NCBI GenBank assembly: GCA_038142145.1
Contig: JAYQJM010000005.1
Location: forward strand, 451,816 to 515,815
DNA length: 64,000 nt
DNA from: Candidatus Actinomarina sp.
Lineage (GTDB): Bacteria; Actinomycetota; Acidimicrobiia; Actinomarinales; Actinomarinaceae
Direction: 5' to 3'
Part shown: positions 1-9,149 of the stretch, in pieces
How the letters are laid out: every line of letters begins with the position of its first letter
Position numbering within the stretch: the first letter of the stretch is position 1
Program-made: the position numbers and the translations under genes
The notes under the pieces: model-generated
Seen by the model: the letters and a program-made list of their open reading frames with translations, nothing else
What the model was told of the DNA's origin: nothing
The model's database searches: none

Positions 1-297
1 AATACTTAAGTGAATGTTAAAAATAGGTTTTATTAAATATGATTCTGGAAAAATATGGGCAAATGAAGCTGATATTCCATATTCCATATCTTCAGGAGGT
101 GAACTGTCATAATAGCTAAACCCTATATTATTCTCACGACAAAAATTTTCTACAGGATTTGGCTTTTCTTTTTTTCCACGTCCTGAAACTTTTGGCTTGG
201 TTGTAATAACCTTCAGCTTTTCTTCGTTGTTAAATATAGTTTCTAGAAATGGAACACTTCTTATATCAGAACCGTAAAAATATTTATATTTGATCAC
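1..297 (-). CDS. fmt: methionyl-tRNA formyltransferase, N-terminal part (gene runs off the left edge of the window)
   Basis: Not in the ORF track. My minus-strand translation from GTG 297..295 gives MIKYKYFYGSDIRSVPFLETIFNNEEKLKVITTKPKVSGRGKKEKPNPVENFCRENNIGF...IKPIFNIHLS. This fits the Fmt N-terminal pattern (T.P.+P.GRG+K; iNiH.S). The start overlaps the def stop by 14 nt, and def-fmt adjacency is classic. Confidence 0.8.
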   Translation of the reverse strand, partial: MIKYKYFYGSDIRSVPFLETIFNNEEKLKVITTKPKVSGRGKKEKPNPVENFCRENNIGFSYYDSSPPEDMEYGISASFAHIFPESYLIKPIFNIHLSI

Positions 298-778
298 CAG
301 GAAATCCTTTTATGGATATATCTTTTAAAGCTTGTTTCCTTTCTTTTCTTTTAAGAGCGCTTAGTAACAGTTTTCCATTTAGATGATCCAATTCATGTTG
401 TAAAACTCTACCTAATAAGTCTTCTCCTTCATAAACAACTTCTTCACCTTTTTCATTTAAACAAGATAATCGTGCATATTCATATCTTGTTATATCCCAA
501 TAATATCCAGGAAGGGATAAGCAACCTTCCATAAATACTATATCGCCTGAAAGTTCGTCCATTTTTGGGTTTATTGCAACAAAGGGCCCATCACCTGCAT
601 CAAAAACAAAAATATTTTTATTAATACCTATTTGAGGTGCAGCAAGTCCAACACCAGGAGCTGCATACATAATATCAATCATTTTTTTTGATAAATTTAC
701 TATGTAATCATCAATGTTATCTATATCAGAAGATTTAGTAGTTAATGCAGGATGTCCAAAAGTTACAATTTCACTCAT
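284..778 (-). CDS. def: peptide deformylase
   Basis: 164 aa. All three deformylase motifs are present: GVGLAAPQIG, EGCLSLPG, HELDHLNG. Confidence 0.95.
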   Translation of the reverse strand: MSEIVTFGHPALTTKSSDIDNIDDYIVNLSKKMIDIMYAAPGVGLAAPQIGINKNIFVFDAGDGPFVAINPKMDELSGDIVFMEGCLSLPGYYWDITRYEYARLSCLNEKGEEVVYEGEDLLGRVLQHELDHLNGKLLLSALKRKERKQALKDISIKGFPGDQI

Positions 779-2115
779 TAAATAAACCTTACTCTCTTTA
801 ATGCATACTCATATAAATTTTTATAAATATCATTTACTTGTACATAATCGTTATCAATATCTAATTCTAATTCGTATAGATAATTTCCATTATTCATAAT
901 TGGGCCTTTTAAATTTTTGTGTTGATAATCAAGTTTGACACCAGTGGTTATTGTAAATATTTTTTTAACTAAATTAGGACCGTATTTTTTTCGTATACTA
1001 ACTTCTTTTTGTATCCATTTGTATAAATTTTTGGAATAAAGTGAATTAGAAATATTTAGATCTTTATTTGATATGCAATATATTTTCTTTTTATTGTTTT
1101 TAAAATATCTTAATAATTTCATTAGAAATATTAATTTGTATGAATTTAAAACACCATTTGTTGAAATCGTTGGATTTAAAATAACAAGACAATCAGAATT
1201 TTTTATGTCATCATAATTTAAATAATTTAAATTTAAATTGTCGATTTTATCAGGTGAATAATAATGAAAATTTTTATCAATTTTTGAATTAAATAATGTG
1301 ATAGCTTCCTGTGTAGTATTGCCTATATAGTATTCAATATCAAAATCAAATTCATAATTATTAATATTTTGGACTCTATTAAATTCAAAATTTGGAAATT
1401 CATTAATTAATACAAATTCACCACCAAAAAATAAATTTTTTAAATAAACAGACTCTGTGATATTTAAGTTATTAAGTTTGGGAAGTCTAAAAGAGGTTGC
1501 GTTACTGTTGAAAATGTAATATTTTGAACGGTCGTTAAGTATAAGTTTTTCAAAATTTGTATTTAATAAAATTATATTTCCTTTTTTAAAGCTTTTTAAA
1601 TAAATGTTTGCTTCATCAACACCTCCATATTTTTGATAAAAACTAAATTCAAGAATATTCTTTAAATTCTCATATAATCTTTTAGATTCTTTTAATGAAG
1701 AAACTATAAATATATGATTTTTAGATTTATCAAATTTAATATTTGAAACTTTATCGATAAATATATTTTCTATGGAAGAATGTTTTAGTTTATTTTGTGA
1801 ACGAAGTGAATCTAATTTAATATAACTGTTCAAGCAAATACCTAAATTTAGATGATTTGTTATAGCAACTGCTTTAACATAATTTAGCTGAGTTTCATTT
1901 AATTGTTTATTGTGAATTTTTATTAATGAATTTACCTTAAAATTAGGTTTTTTGTTTGTAAACGAAGTAATAACACCAATTTTCTTTTTATTTCTAAAAA
2001 GAACTTCCACAAGTGTTCCTGTAGAAACTTTATTATTAAATTTTTCAGGAACTTTGTATGAAAACTGTGAAAATTTATAAGTGTTGTTAGAAATTATTTC
2101 TAAATTGGCAAACAT
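778..2115 (-). CDS. priA: PriA-like primosomal protein N' relic (degenerate, short)
   Basis: 445 aa. The N-terminus FSYKVPEKF..VSTGTLVEVLFRNKKKIGVITS resembles the PriA 3'-DNA-binding domain. It sits between coaBC and def-fmt, as priA does in Actinobacteria. I find no Walker A GxxGxGKT, no DExH box and no CxxC zinc-finger pairs (only 3 Cys in total). Confidence 0.5.
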   Translation of the reverse strand: MFANLEIISNNTYKFSQFSYKVPEKFNNKVSTGTLVEVLFRNKKKIGVITSFTNKKPNFKVNSLIKIHNKQLNETQLNYVKAVAITNHLNLGICLNSYIKLDSLRSQNKLKHSSIENIFIDKVSNIKFDKSKNHIFIVSSLKESKRLYENLKNILEFSFYQKYGGVDEANIYLKSFKKGNIILLNTNFEKLILNDRSKYYIFNSNATSFRLPKLNNLNITESVYLKNLFFGGEFVLINEFPNFEFNRVQNINNYEFDFDIEYYIGNTTQEAITLFNSKIDKNFHYYSPDKIDNLNLNYLNYDDIKNSDCLVILNPTISTNGVLNSYKLIFLMKLLRYFKNNKKKIYCISNKDLNISNSLYSKNLYKWIQKEVSIRKKYGPNLVKKIFTITTGVKLDYQHKNLKGPIMNNGNYLYELELDIDNDYVQVNDIYKNLYEYALKRVRFI

Positions 2116-3227
2116 TACATATCAATATTATCAATTATGTGTGACGCAATTTTCTCTTTAGAAACTAATTCAGACTCAAAAATTAATTTATCTTTATTAA
2201 TTATTTGAATTTTATTGTTTTCACCACCAAATTTGTTTTCCAATATATTATTAATAACTAGGTAATCTACATTTTTTTCTTTTAATTTATCAAAATTTAA
2301 TTCATTATTTATTTGAGCCGAAAAAGCAATATATTTTTTATTGGGAAATTCTTTTTTTATTGTTTTAACAATATCTAAATTAGGTTGCAATTTTAACGAA
2401 AACGATCCTTCATCCCTCTTAACTTTTCCATCAAATTTGTTTACTGTGAAATCTGAAACAGCTGCAGCCATTATAAGAGTGTTTACGTTTCCCATTATTT
2501 CTTTAAGCTTTTTATATAACTCATCTGATGAAGTAAATGTAATATTGTTTGCATGAGGTATGGACTCGATTGTATTTGCATGAAGGTAAGTAACAGCATA
2601 ACCTCTCGCTAACAGTTCAAAAGCTATTGCTCTTCCCTGTTTTCCTGAGGATAAATTTGATATCACTTTAACATCGTCAATATTCTCTTGAGTACCACCA
2701 GATGTAACGATTACTGATCCTCTATCTTTATTTATAATTGAAAAAATTTCCTCAGGTTCAAGCATCCGACCATAGCCTTTGTCACCAATGTCTAAATTTC
2801 CATATCTTGGTCCACATATAATATTTGCTTTACTTAATTCTTTAATATTTTTAATCGTTTTAATATTTAAATACATTTCTTCATGCATTGCTGGTGCAAT
2901 GAATGCAGGCTTATCGAACATTAAATAAGTAGAAGTAAGAAGATCATCTGCTATTCCAACAGCAAGTTTTGCAAGAAGATTAGCTGTAGCTGGATAAATT
3001 AAAAAAATATCTGCCCATCTGGCTAAATCTATGTGAGGAGATCCCTCTAAGTCATCCCAATTTGTAACTACTTTATTTGAGTTTAAAAATTCTTTACTTA
3101 AATATCTAGTTGAACTGTTTGTACCAATAATTTGGAAATTGTATTTTTCTTTATAAGTATTTAAAAGTGTTTCAGCTTTAGAACATGCAACACTACCTGA
3201 TAACCCAAGTAGTATGTTTTTTTTCAT
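2115..3227 (-). CDS. coaBC: bifunctional phosphopantothenoylcysteine decarboxylase / phosphopantothenate-cysteine ligase
   Basis: 370 aa. N-terminal flavoprotein part (GLSGSVACSKA, PAMHEEMY) plus a CoaB part (VTSGGTQENIDDVKVISNLSSGKQG). Confidence 0.9.
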   Translation of the reverse strand: MKKNILLGLSGSVACSKAETLLNTYKEKYNFQIIGTNSSTRYLSKEFLNSNKVVTNWDDLEGSPHIDLARWADIFLIYPATANLLAKLAVGIADDLLTSTYLMFDKPAFIAPAMHEEMYLNIKTIKNIKELSKANIICGPRYGNLDIGDKGYGRMLEPEEIFSIINKDRGSVIVTSGGTQENIDDVKVISNLSSGKQGRAIAFELLARGYAVTYLHANTIESIPHANNITFTSSDELYKKLKEIMGNVNTLIMAAAVSDFTVNKFDGKVKRDEGSFSLKLQPNLDIVKTIKKEFPNKKYIAFSAQINNELNFDKLKEKNVDYLVINNILENKFGGENNKIQIINKDKLIFESELVSKEKIASHIIDNIDM

Positions 3228-3454
3228 TATTCTTTTTCTGTAACTTCGACCTTTCCTGCAGCAATTTCTTCAAATGCGACAGTTAGTGGTTTACGACTTA
3301 AGCTTTGTACTTGTGGTGGAGTGTAAGCTCCAATGCCTTCTCCTAGCTGATTAAAATAAGAATTTATATCTCTTGCTCTCCTTGATGCTGTAATTACTAA
3401 AGCAAATCTTCCTGGTGTTTCTTTTAATAGTTCTTCAATAGGTGGTTTAATCAT
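3227..3454 (-). CDS. rpoZ: DNA-directed RNA polymerase subunit omega
   Basis: The track ORF is 3227..3472. I prefer ATG 3454 (MIKPPIEELLKETPGRFALVITASRRARDIN). GGAGGAA lies just upstream, and this start forms an ATGA overlap with the gmk stop. Confidence 0.9.
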   Translation of the reverse strand: MIKPPIEELLKETPGRFALVITASRRARDINSYFNQLGEGIGAYTPPQVQSLSRKPLTVAFEEIAAGKVEVTEKE

Positions 3455-3987
3455 ATTTCCTCCAAGGTACATATTATATCAACTAATTGATTAACAGAAG
3501 TATTTAAATCTATATTCTCTATGAAATAATTAAATATTTCTTTATTTGATCTTTGGCTGTCAGCAAGTTTCATTCTTGAATTTATAAAATCTTCAGTATG
3601 ACCCCTGCTATTTAAGCGTTTTATTAAAAGATCATTGCTTATATCAATAAAAATTCCGATATAATCCTTATTATTTGATAATAAATTTGTAGCTCCCTTT
3701 ATTTCTAAATCTAAAATAGTTATTTTGTCTTTTGTTTTTGCAAGCTCTTCAATAGAAGTACCATAATAATTGTTATTAAATTCCTCAAATTCGATAAATT
3801 TATTATTAGATATCATGCTTTGAAATTTCTCTAAAGACACGAAATGATAATCAACACCATCTATTTCATTTTCTCGAATCTCTCTTGTTGTATGAGATAC
3901 AACAAAGTTTATATCAATTTTGTTAGCTAGTTCATTAATAATAGTATTTTTGCCAACTCCACTAGGACCCGTAATTATATAAATCAT
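3451..3987 (-). CDS. gmk: guanylate kinase
   Basis: 178 aa. P-loop GPSGVGKNT, followed by HTTREIRENEIDGVDYHFV, typical of Gmk. Confidence 0.93.
   Translation of the reverse strand: MIYIITGPSGVGKNTIINELANKIDINFVVSHTTREIRENEIDGVDYHFVSLEKFQSMISNNKFIEFEEFNNNYYGTSIEELAKTKDKITILDLEIKGATNLLSNNKDYIGIFIDISNDLLIKRLNSRGHTEDFINSRMKLADSQRSNKEIFNYFIENIDLNTSVNQLVDIICTLEEI
3457..3463 (-). promoter_or_regulatory. Shine-Dalgarno sequence GGAGGAA for rpoZ
   Basis: The minus strand reads TTGGAGGAAATATG, ending in the preferred rpoZ start codon. Confidence 0.6.
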
Positions 3988-4277
3988 ATTGACTCAACAA
4001 AATTCTTAATTTTGTCTATGGAACTATTTTCTAATTCATAAATTTTAGTATTTTCATCTAAACCAATGTCATTTAAAAATCTCATTGTTTTGACTTTTCC
4101 TATATGACCATTCTCAGTTAAAAGTTTATGTACCCTAATAGAATTAATTTTTGAATTACTCACTGCATCACTTAGTAAATTATGAAAGTTTTCATATTCC
4201 AAATTAAAGGAATTAATAAAATCATTTCGTTCTTGTTTAATATGTAATATTTCAGTTTTTAAATTCATTTTTACCAA
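3984..4277 (-). CDS. mihF: actinobacterial integration host factor (mIHF-like)
   Basis: 97 aa. IRVHKLLTENGHIGKVKTMRFLNDIGLDENTKIYEL parallels the mycobacterial mIHF core (kV..LL...P.vGKVKa..im.el.I). It lies directly upstream of gmk-rpoZ, as in Actinobacteria. Confidence 0.7.
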   Translation of the reverse strand: MVKMNLKTEILHIKQERNDFINSFNLEYENFHNLLSDAVSNSKINSIRVHKLLTENGHIGKVKTMRFLNDIGLDENTKIYELENSSIDKIKNFVESI

Positions 4278-4635
4278 TCATATCGAGTATTGCGTTAACA
4301 AACTTTGCTCCTTCTGATGAAGAGTGTTTGTCAGTAAGTTTTGTCCACTCTGATACTATTACTTTTAAAGGAGTTAGTTTAAGAGACAGTTCAGATATTC
4401 CTAATATCAGCGATATTTTTTCTGTTTTAGCAATTCTTTCATAATTCCAATTATCTGAATACTTAATAATAAAACTTTTAATATTTTCATACTGATTTTT
4501 AGTATTTAGTATTAATTGTTCTGCTCGGATTTTTTGATTTTCTGATAATTCATTACTAACTATAGAAAAATTATCAATATCTATATCTGATGAAAATAAT
4601 ATTTTAAAACAAACACTTCTAAAATCTTCTTTCAT
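4252..4635 (-). CDS. nusB: transcription antitermination factor NusB
   Basis: 127 aa helical protein ending ...GAKFVNAILD (NusB FVNGVLD-type motif). It shows efp-nusB adjacency with a 4-nt overlap. Confidence 0.8.
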   Translation of the reverse strand: MKEDFRSVCFKILFSSDIDIDNFSIVSNELSENQKIRAEQLILNTKNQYENIKSFIIKYSDNWNYERIAKTEKISLILGISELSLKLTPLKVIVSEWTKLTDKHSSSEGAKFVNAILDMIGKNEFKN

Positions 4636-5189
4636 ACTCTTGTTATATAGCTCTTAGTTTTTGTATCAATTTTTATCTCATCATTCTCATCTATAAACAT
4701 TGGAACTTGCATAATTAAACCTGTTTCTACTGTTACTTCTTTTGTGTTTGAATTAACTGAGTCACCTTTAACAGCAGGTTCAGATTTAGTTACTAATAAA
4801 TTCACAGTTGTTGGAAGAATTATGTCTATAGGATTATTGTTATACATCGCAATTGTAACTTCTTGATTTGGTTTTATTAATAATTCTTGTTCGTTTAATT
4901 GTTCTTTTGTTAAAGAAATCTGTTCATAAGAGGTTGTATTCATAAAATAGTATTCAGTGCCTTCGTTATATAAATATTGGAATGATTGTTTGTCTATATA
5001 AGCTTGTTCAACATCTTCATCCGCTCTGAAGGTTTTATCAACTACACCTCCACTATTTAAATTTCTTAATTTAGTTTTTACAAATGCACGACCTTTTCCT
5101 GGCTTTACGTGCTGATATTCTAAAATTTGAAATAATATTCCATCTACAATAATTGATTGACCAGGACGAATGTCATTTGTTGATACCAT
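4632..5189 (-). CDS. efp: elongation factor P
   Basis: 185 aa. MVSTNDIRPG...HVKPGKGRAFVKTKLRNL is the EF-P signature. Confidence 0.95.
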   Translation of the reverse strand: MVSTNDIRPGQSIIVDGILFQILEYQHVKPGKGRAFVKTKLRNLNSGGVVDKTFRADEDVEQAYIDKQSFQYLYNEGTEYYFMNTTSYEQISLTKEQLNEQELLIKPNQEVTIAMYNNNPIDIILPTTVNLLVTKSEPAVKGDSVNSNTKEVTVETGLIMQVPMFIDENDEIKIDTKTKSYITRV

Positions 5190-6259
5190 TATGGAATTAC
5201 TCCTTCTTCTTTTGCTTTATTTTTTAGGTTAATAAATTCCTCATAATTATTTGTAAAGGTCATTTTGCCATCTCTACTGGTAAGAAGATAGTATATGTAA
5301 TCATTTTCTGGTGTATTAATAATTGCAGTCATAGCTCTTTCTCCAAATCCTGAAATTGGTGTTGGCGGTAAACCTGTAAATTTATATATATTGTAAGGAC
5401 TGTCTACTTGTAAATCAATTAACAAAACTTGTGCTTTTCTTTTTTGTAAAGCATAAAGAATAGATGCATCAATTTGAAGCAACATATCAATTTCTAATCG
5501 GTTTTTAATAACTGATGATACTAAAGGTCTATCTTCATCAATTTTTGACTCAGCTTCTATAAGACTGGCTATTGTAAAGAATTCATTTGCATCATTTATC
5601 CATGTAGGTAAGTTGTTGGTAGAAATTATATTGTTATACCTAAGCTCTAGTTCATCTACAAGTGTTTGAAGTATCTCTTCCCCATTTGCATCTATGTTTA
5701 TCTGATATGTATTAGGAAATAGCAAACCTTCCCAATTTTGAAGATCAACATAATCGTTGTCAGAATGAAATTGTGAGACAACTTTACCTGATTTTAAAGA
5801 ATTTTCTAATTGAATTACTTCGTAACCAGTTTGAGCTGATATAGTTTCAAGAGTTTCAGAAATCCATAAACCTTCAGGAATAGTAATTGTATATGTTTTT
5901 AGAGGAGGACCTTTCAGCAATAATGCGGTTAGTTCACTAAATTCTAAATTATTTGGTAGTTCATAATTACCAGCCCTTAATTTGTCTGTTAAATTTTCAT
6001 TTCTTAAATAAAGTTCAAAAGCAAGTTGAGAACTTATCACACCTGTTGAATCTAAAATACTAGCTATTTGTGATGCAGATGAGCCTTGAGGTATGTTTAC
6101 AAATATAATTTCTTCAACAACACTATTTGAAGATTCTTGAATCACATTTTTTTCAACAGAATCAGCAATACTTGTGATTGAAAAGTACGTAATAAAAATA
6201 AAAATAAATGTAACAAGTAATTGAGCAACAGATCTGTATTTAATGTAATTATTTTTCAT
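5189..6259 (-). CDS. mltG: endolytic murein transglycosylase MltG (YceG-like)
   Basis: 356 aa. N-terminal TM anchor and a YceG domain, including DSPYNIYKFTGLPPTPISGFG. Confidence 0.85.
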   Translation of the reverse strand: MKNNYIKYRSVAQLLVTFIFIFITYFSITSIADSVEKNVIQESSNSVVEEIIFVNIPQGSSASQIASILDSTGVISSQLAFELYLRNENLTDKLRAGNYELPNNLEFSELTALLLKGPPLKTYTITIPEGLWISETLETISAQTGYEVIQLENSLKSGKVVSQFHSDNDYVDLQNWEGLLFPNTYQINIDANGEEILQTLVDELELRYNNIISTNNLPTWINDANEFFTIASLIEAESKIDEDRPLVSSVIKNRLEIDMLLQIDASILYALQKRKAQVLLIDLQVDSPYNIYKFTGLPPTPISGFGERAMTAIINTPENDYIYYLLTSRDGKMTFTNNYEEFINLKNKAKEEGVIP

Positions 6260-6629
6260 TTGTTCTTATATACGTTTCTAATAATTGTAAAGCAGACAAA
6301 TCATCTATTCTCTCTTTACCATTTGTTTCATAAATATCAGAAGAGAATCTTTCATCTACTTTATGTATAGAAATATTGTACTTTTGTAAATAATTAATAA
6401 ATTCATCTACTAAATCCGTCATTCTATTCTTAGAATTATTCATTCCAATGGGATAACCAACAATTATTTTATTTATTGAATAATTTTGCATAAATGTATC
6501 AATCTGTTTTTGTGGATCGGTTTTCTTTTTATCTATTACATCTACAGGTATTGGAATGCTTGTTTTAGTTGTTCTAACAGCCAAACCTAAATATCTTTCG
6601 CCGTAATCAATGGCTAGTAAGTTGTTCAA
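6249..6629 (-). CDS. ruvX: YqgF/RuvX family putative pre-16S rRNA nuclease / Holliday junction resolvase-like protein
   Basis: 126 aa. LAIDYGERYLGLAV start motif. The alaS-ruvX-mltG order is conserved. Confidence 0.85.
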   Translation of the reverse strand: MNNLLAIDYGERYLGLAVRTTKTSIPIPVDVIDKKKTDPQKQIDTFMQNYSINKIIVGYPIGMNNSKNRMTDLVDEFINYLQKYNISIHKVDERFSSDIYETNGKERIDDLSALQLLETYIRTNEK

Positions 6630-9149
6630 TTACAATTTCTCTTGTAGAAGTGAAAGTGATGTCACCAAAGCATCATCAATAGAATATTTTTGAGGGCCCC
6701 CACCAATTGAGAGGTTTTCATCTTTTGAAGCACCCCCGCCAAACAATTTAGAAAGTTCTGTAACAACTGTAGAAATATTTAAACTCACGTTTTCTTTAGT
6801 GCTTCCAACTATTGATGTCTTTTGACCTAAGTCTGAAATTAATAAGACTACATCAATATCTGTTTCTTTTATTAAATTAATAGCAACAGTTCTTAATTCA
6901 TTAGGACTTTCTACATCTAATTTATTTAAGTATGTTTTAAATCCTGCAACATCTTTTGTGTTTGATGCTGCCGAACTTACAATATTGTTTAATTCAAGTT
7001 TTTTGTATCCATCTAATTTCAATTTATATTCTTCAAGTAACTCAAGTTGTGAATTTAATTTTTCTGATACTTGATCTTCAGATACCTTTAAGATATTTGA
7101 AACAGATTTGTATGATTTATAAGCATTGCTTAAAAATTCATATGCTTCAAAGCCTGAAAGCATCTCTACTCTTCTTAAATTAGAACCAATAGATGATTCG
7201 TTCATAAGAACTATTAATCCAACATCATGTGAATTAGAAACGTGTGTCCCGCCACACAACTCTTTTGAGTAACTACCTATACTGACAACTCTTACATCAT
7301 CATCGTATTTATCACCAAAAAATGCTAACGCCCCTTCTTTTTTAGCATCATCGATATTCATAATCTTTGTAGATATATCAAAATCGTTAAATATTACTTT
7401 ATTTGATTCTTCAAATATATGATTCAACTCTTCATCGCGTACTTTTTCAGTATGGCTAAAGTCAAATCTAAATTTTCCTGGTGCAACATTTGAGCCAGCT
7501 TGCGCAACATGATCACCTAAGACATTTCTTAATGAAGCATGAACAATATGTGCCGCACTGTGACTTTTAGAAACTGCATTCCTGAACGCACTATCAACTA
7601 AAAATTTAACTTTTTGACCTTCATCTAAATTTATCTTATTAACAACAACACCAACAGCACCATTACTTGATTGAAATACATTTTTTACTTCAATTGTTTG
7701 ATTTTCTATAATTACGGTACCTTTATCAGAAATTTGTCCTCCAGCTTCATAATAAAACGGGTGTTCTTTTCCAAACAATATAGTTTTGTCATCATACTGT
7801 TCAATGTGATAAAGTTCAGATTCAGTCTCTAAAGTGTCGTATCCTTTAAATATATTTTCATCTACTTCAAAATCTTCAATTGAACCATTAGTAGAGTTAA
7901 TTTTTTTTGATTTTTCTTTATGCTCATCAAAGTATTTTTTAAACATTGAATCATCTAAGTTTATATTGTTTTCTTGACATATTTCTTTTGTTAATTCATA
8001 AGGAAAACCAAACGTTTCAAATAAATAAAAAGCTTCTTTTTCAGTTAGTTTATTTTTAGATATTAAGTCGTTTATTTCATTAAGACCTTTTTTGATTGTT
8101 GAATTAAATAAATCTTCTTCTGTTGAAAATAATTTATGAATCTTATTTTTTTGATCAAGTAATTCTGGATATTCTTGTTTATACATATCTACAACAACAT
8201 CAATCAGGTAAGATAATGAAACATATTCATCACATAGTTGATTATTAGCTCTTACAGCTCTTCTGATAAGTCTCCTTAATATATATCCCCTGCCCTCATT
8301 TGTTGGTACTACTCCATCTGCCAGCATAAATGTTGTTGTCTTTATATGATCTATAATGACTTTTTCAAACTTTGAATTAGATTTATCAATCTTAGTTTTT
8401 AACTCGTTACTTAAAGGTGAGAAGAGATCTGTATCAAACAAGGTTTCTTTTTCTTGTAGGATCATTGCAATTCTTTCTAACCCCATTCCAGTATCAATAT
8501 TTTTATTGGGAAGTTCATCTATGACTTGAAAAGGTTGATCTTGTATTGACTCCATAAAGACAAGGTTCCAAATTTCTATAAAACGATCTTCTCCACCACC
8601 AATAGGACCACCGTCTTCACCATATTTCTCACCTCTATCAATAAAAATTTCTGAACATGGACCACATGGGCCGGGTATATTCATATGCCAAAAGTTATCT
8701 TCATTTCCTTTTTGAATTCTTTCTTCAGGTACACCAATATCATTTATCCAAATATCTAATGCTTCTTGATCGTCTTTATAGACTGTGAACCATAATTTAT
8801 CTTTATCTACACCAAGTTCTTTTGTAATAAATTCATAAGAATATTTGATAGCTTCTTTTTTAAAGTATGAACCTATACTAAAATTTCCAAGCATTTCAAA
8901 GAACGATAGATGTCTGTCTGTGTCTCCTATGATATCTATATCAACTGTTCTTACGCATTTTTGTGAAGAGACCATATTCGGGTTGTCAGCTTTTTTGTTA
9001 CCTAAAAAATAATCCTTTAGTGGAACCATGCCTGCAGCAGTAAACAGTAGTGTTTCATCTATTGGAATTAAGGACGCGGAATTTAATCTTTTATGATTAT
9101 TTTCTTCAAAATATTTAAGAAATTTTTCTCTTATTTTTGAACTATTCAT
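6630..9149 (-). CDS. alaS: alanine--tRNA ligase
   Basis: 839 aa. Class II AlaRS with the editing-domain motifs HSAAHIVHA and CGGTHV. Confidence 0.97.
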   Translation of the reverse strand: MNSSKIREKFLKYFEENNHKRLNSASLIPIDETLLFTAAGMVPLKDYFLGNKKADNPNMVSSQKCVRTVDIDIIGDTDRHLSFFEMLGNFSIGSYFKKEAIKYSYEFITKELGVDKDKLWFTVYKDDQEALDIWINDIGVPEERIQKGNEDNFWHMNIPGPCGPCSEIFIDRGEKYGEDGGPIGGGEDRFIEIWNLVFMESIQDQPFQVIDELPNKNIDTGMGLERIAMILQEKETLFDTDLFSPLSNELKTKIDKSNSKFEKVIIDHIKTTTFMLADGVVPTNEGRGYILRRLIRRAVRANNQLCDEYVSLSYLIDVVVDMYKQEYPELLDQKNKIHKLFSTEEDLFNSTIKKGLNEINDLISKNKLTEKEAFYLFETFGFPYELTKEICQENNINLDDSMFKKYFDEHKEKSKKINSTNGSIEDFEVDENIFKGYDTLETESELYHIEQYDDKTILFGKEHPFYYEAGGQISDKGTVIIENQTIEVKNVFQSSNGAVGVVVNKINLDEGQKVKFLVDSAFRNAVSKSHSAAHIVHASLRNVLGDHVAQAGSNVAPGKFRFDFSHTEKVRDEELNHIFEESNKVIFNDFDISTKIMNIDDAKKEGALAFFGDKYDDDVRVVSIGSYSKELCGGTHVSNSHDVGLIVLMNESSIGSNLRRVEMLSGFEAYEFLSNAYKSYKSVSNILKVSEDQVSEKLNSQLELLEEYKLKLDGYKKLELNNIVSSAASNTKDVAGFKTYLNKLDVESPNELRTVAINLIKETDIDVVLLISDLGQKTSIVGSTKENVSLNISTVVTELSKLFGGGASKDENLSIGGGPQKYSIDDALVTSLSLLQEKL

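Noticed and set aside
3455-3472. The longer rpoZ start (MYLGGNMIKPP...) given in the ORF track.
   Set aside because: The extension overlaps gmk by 22 nt, and its codons include the GGAGG that serves as the SD for the internal ATG at 3454. The shorter start is more plausible.
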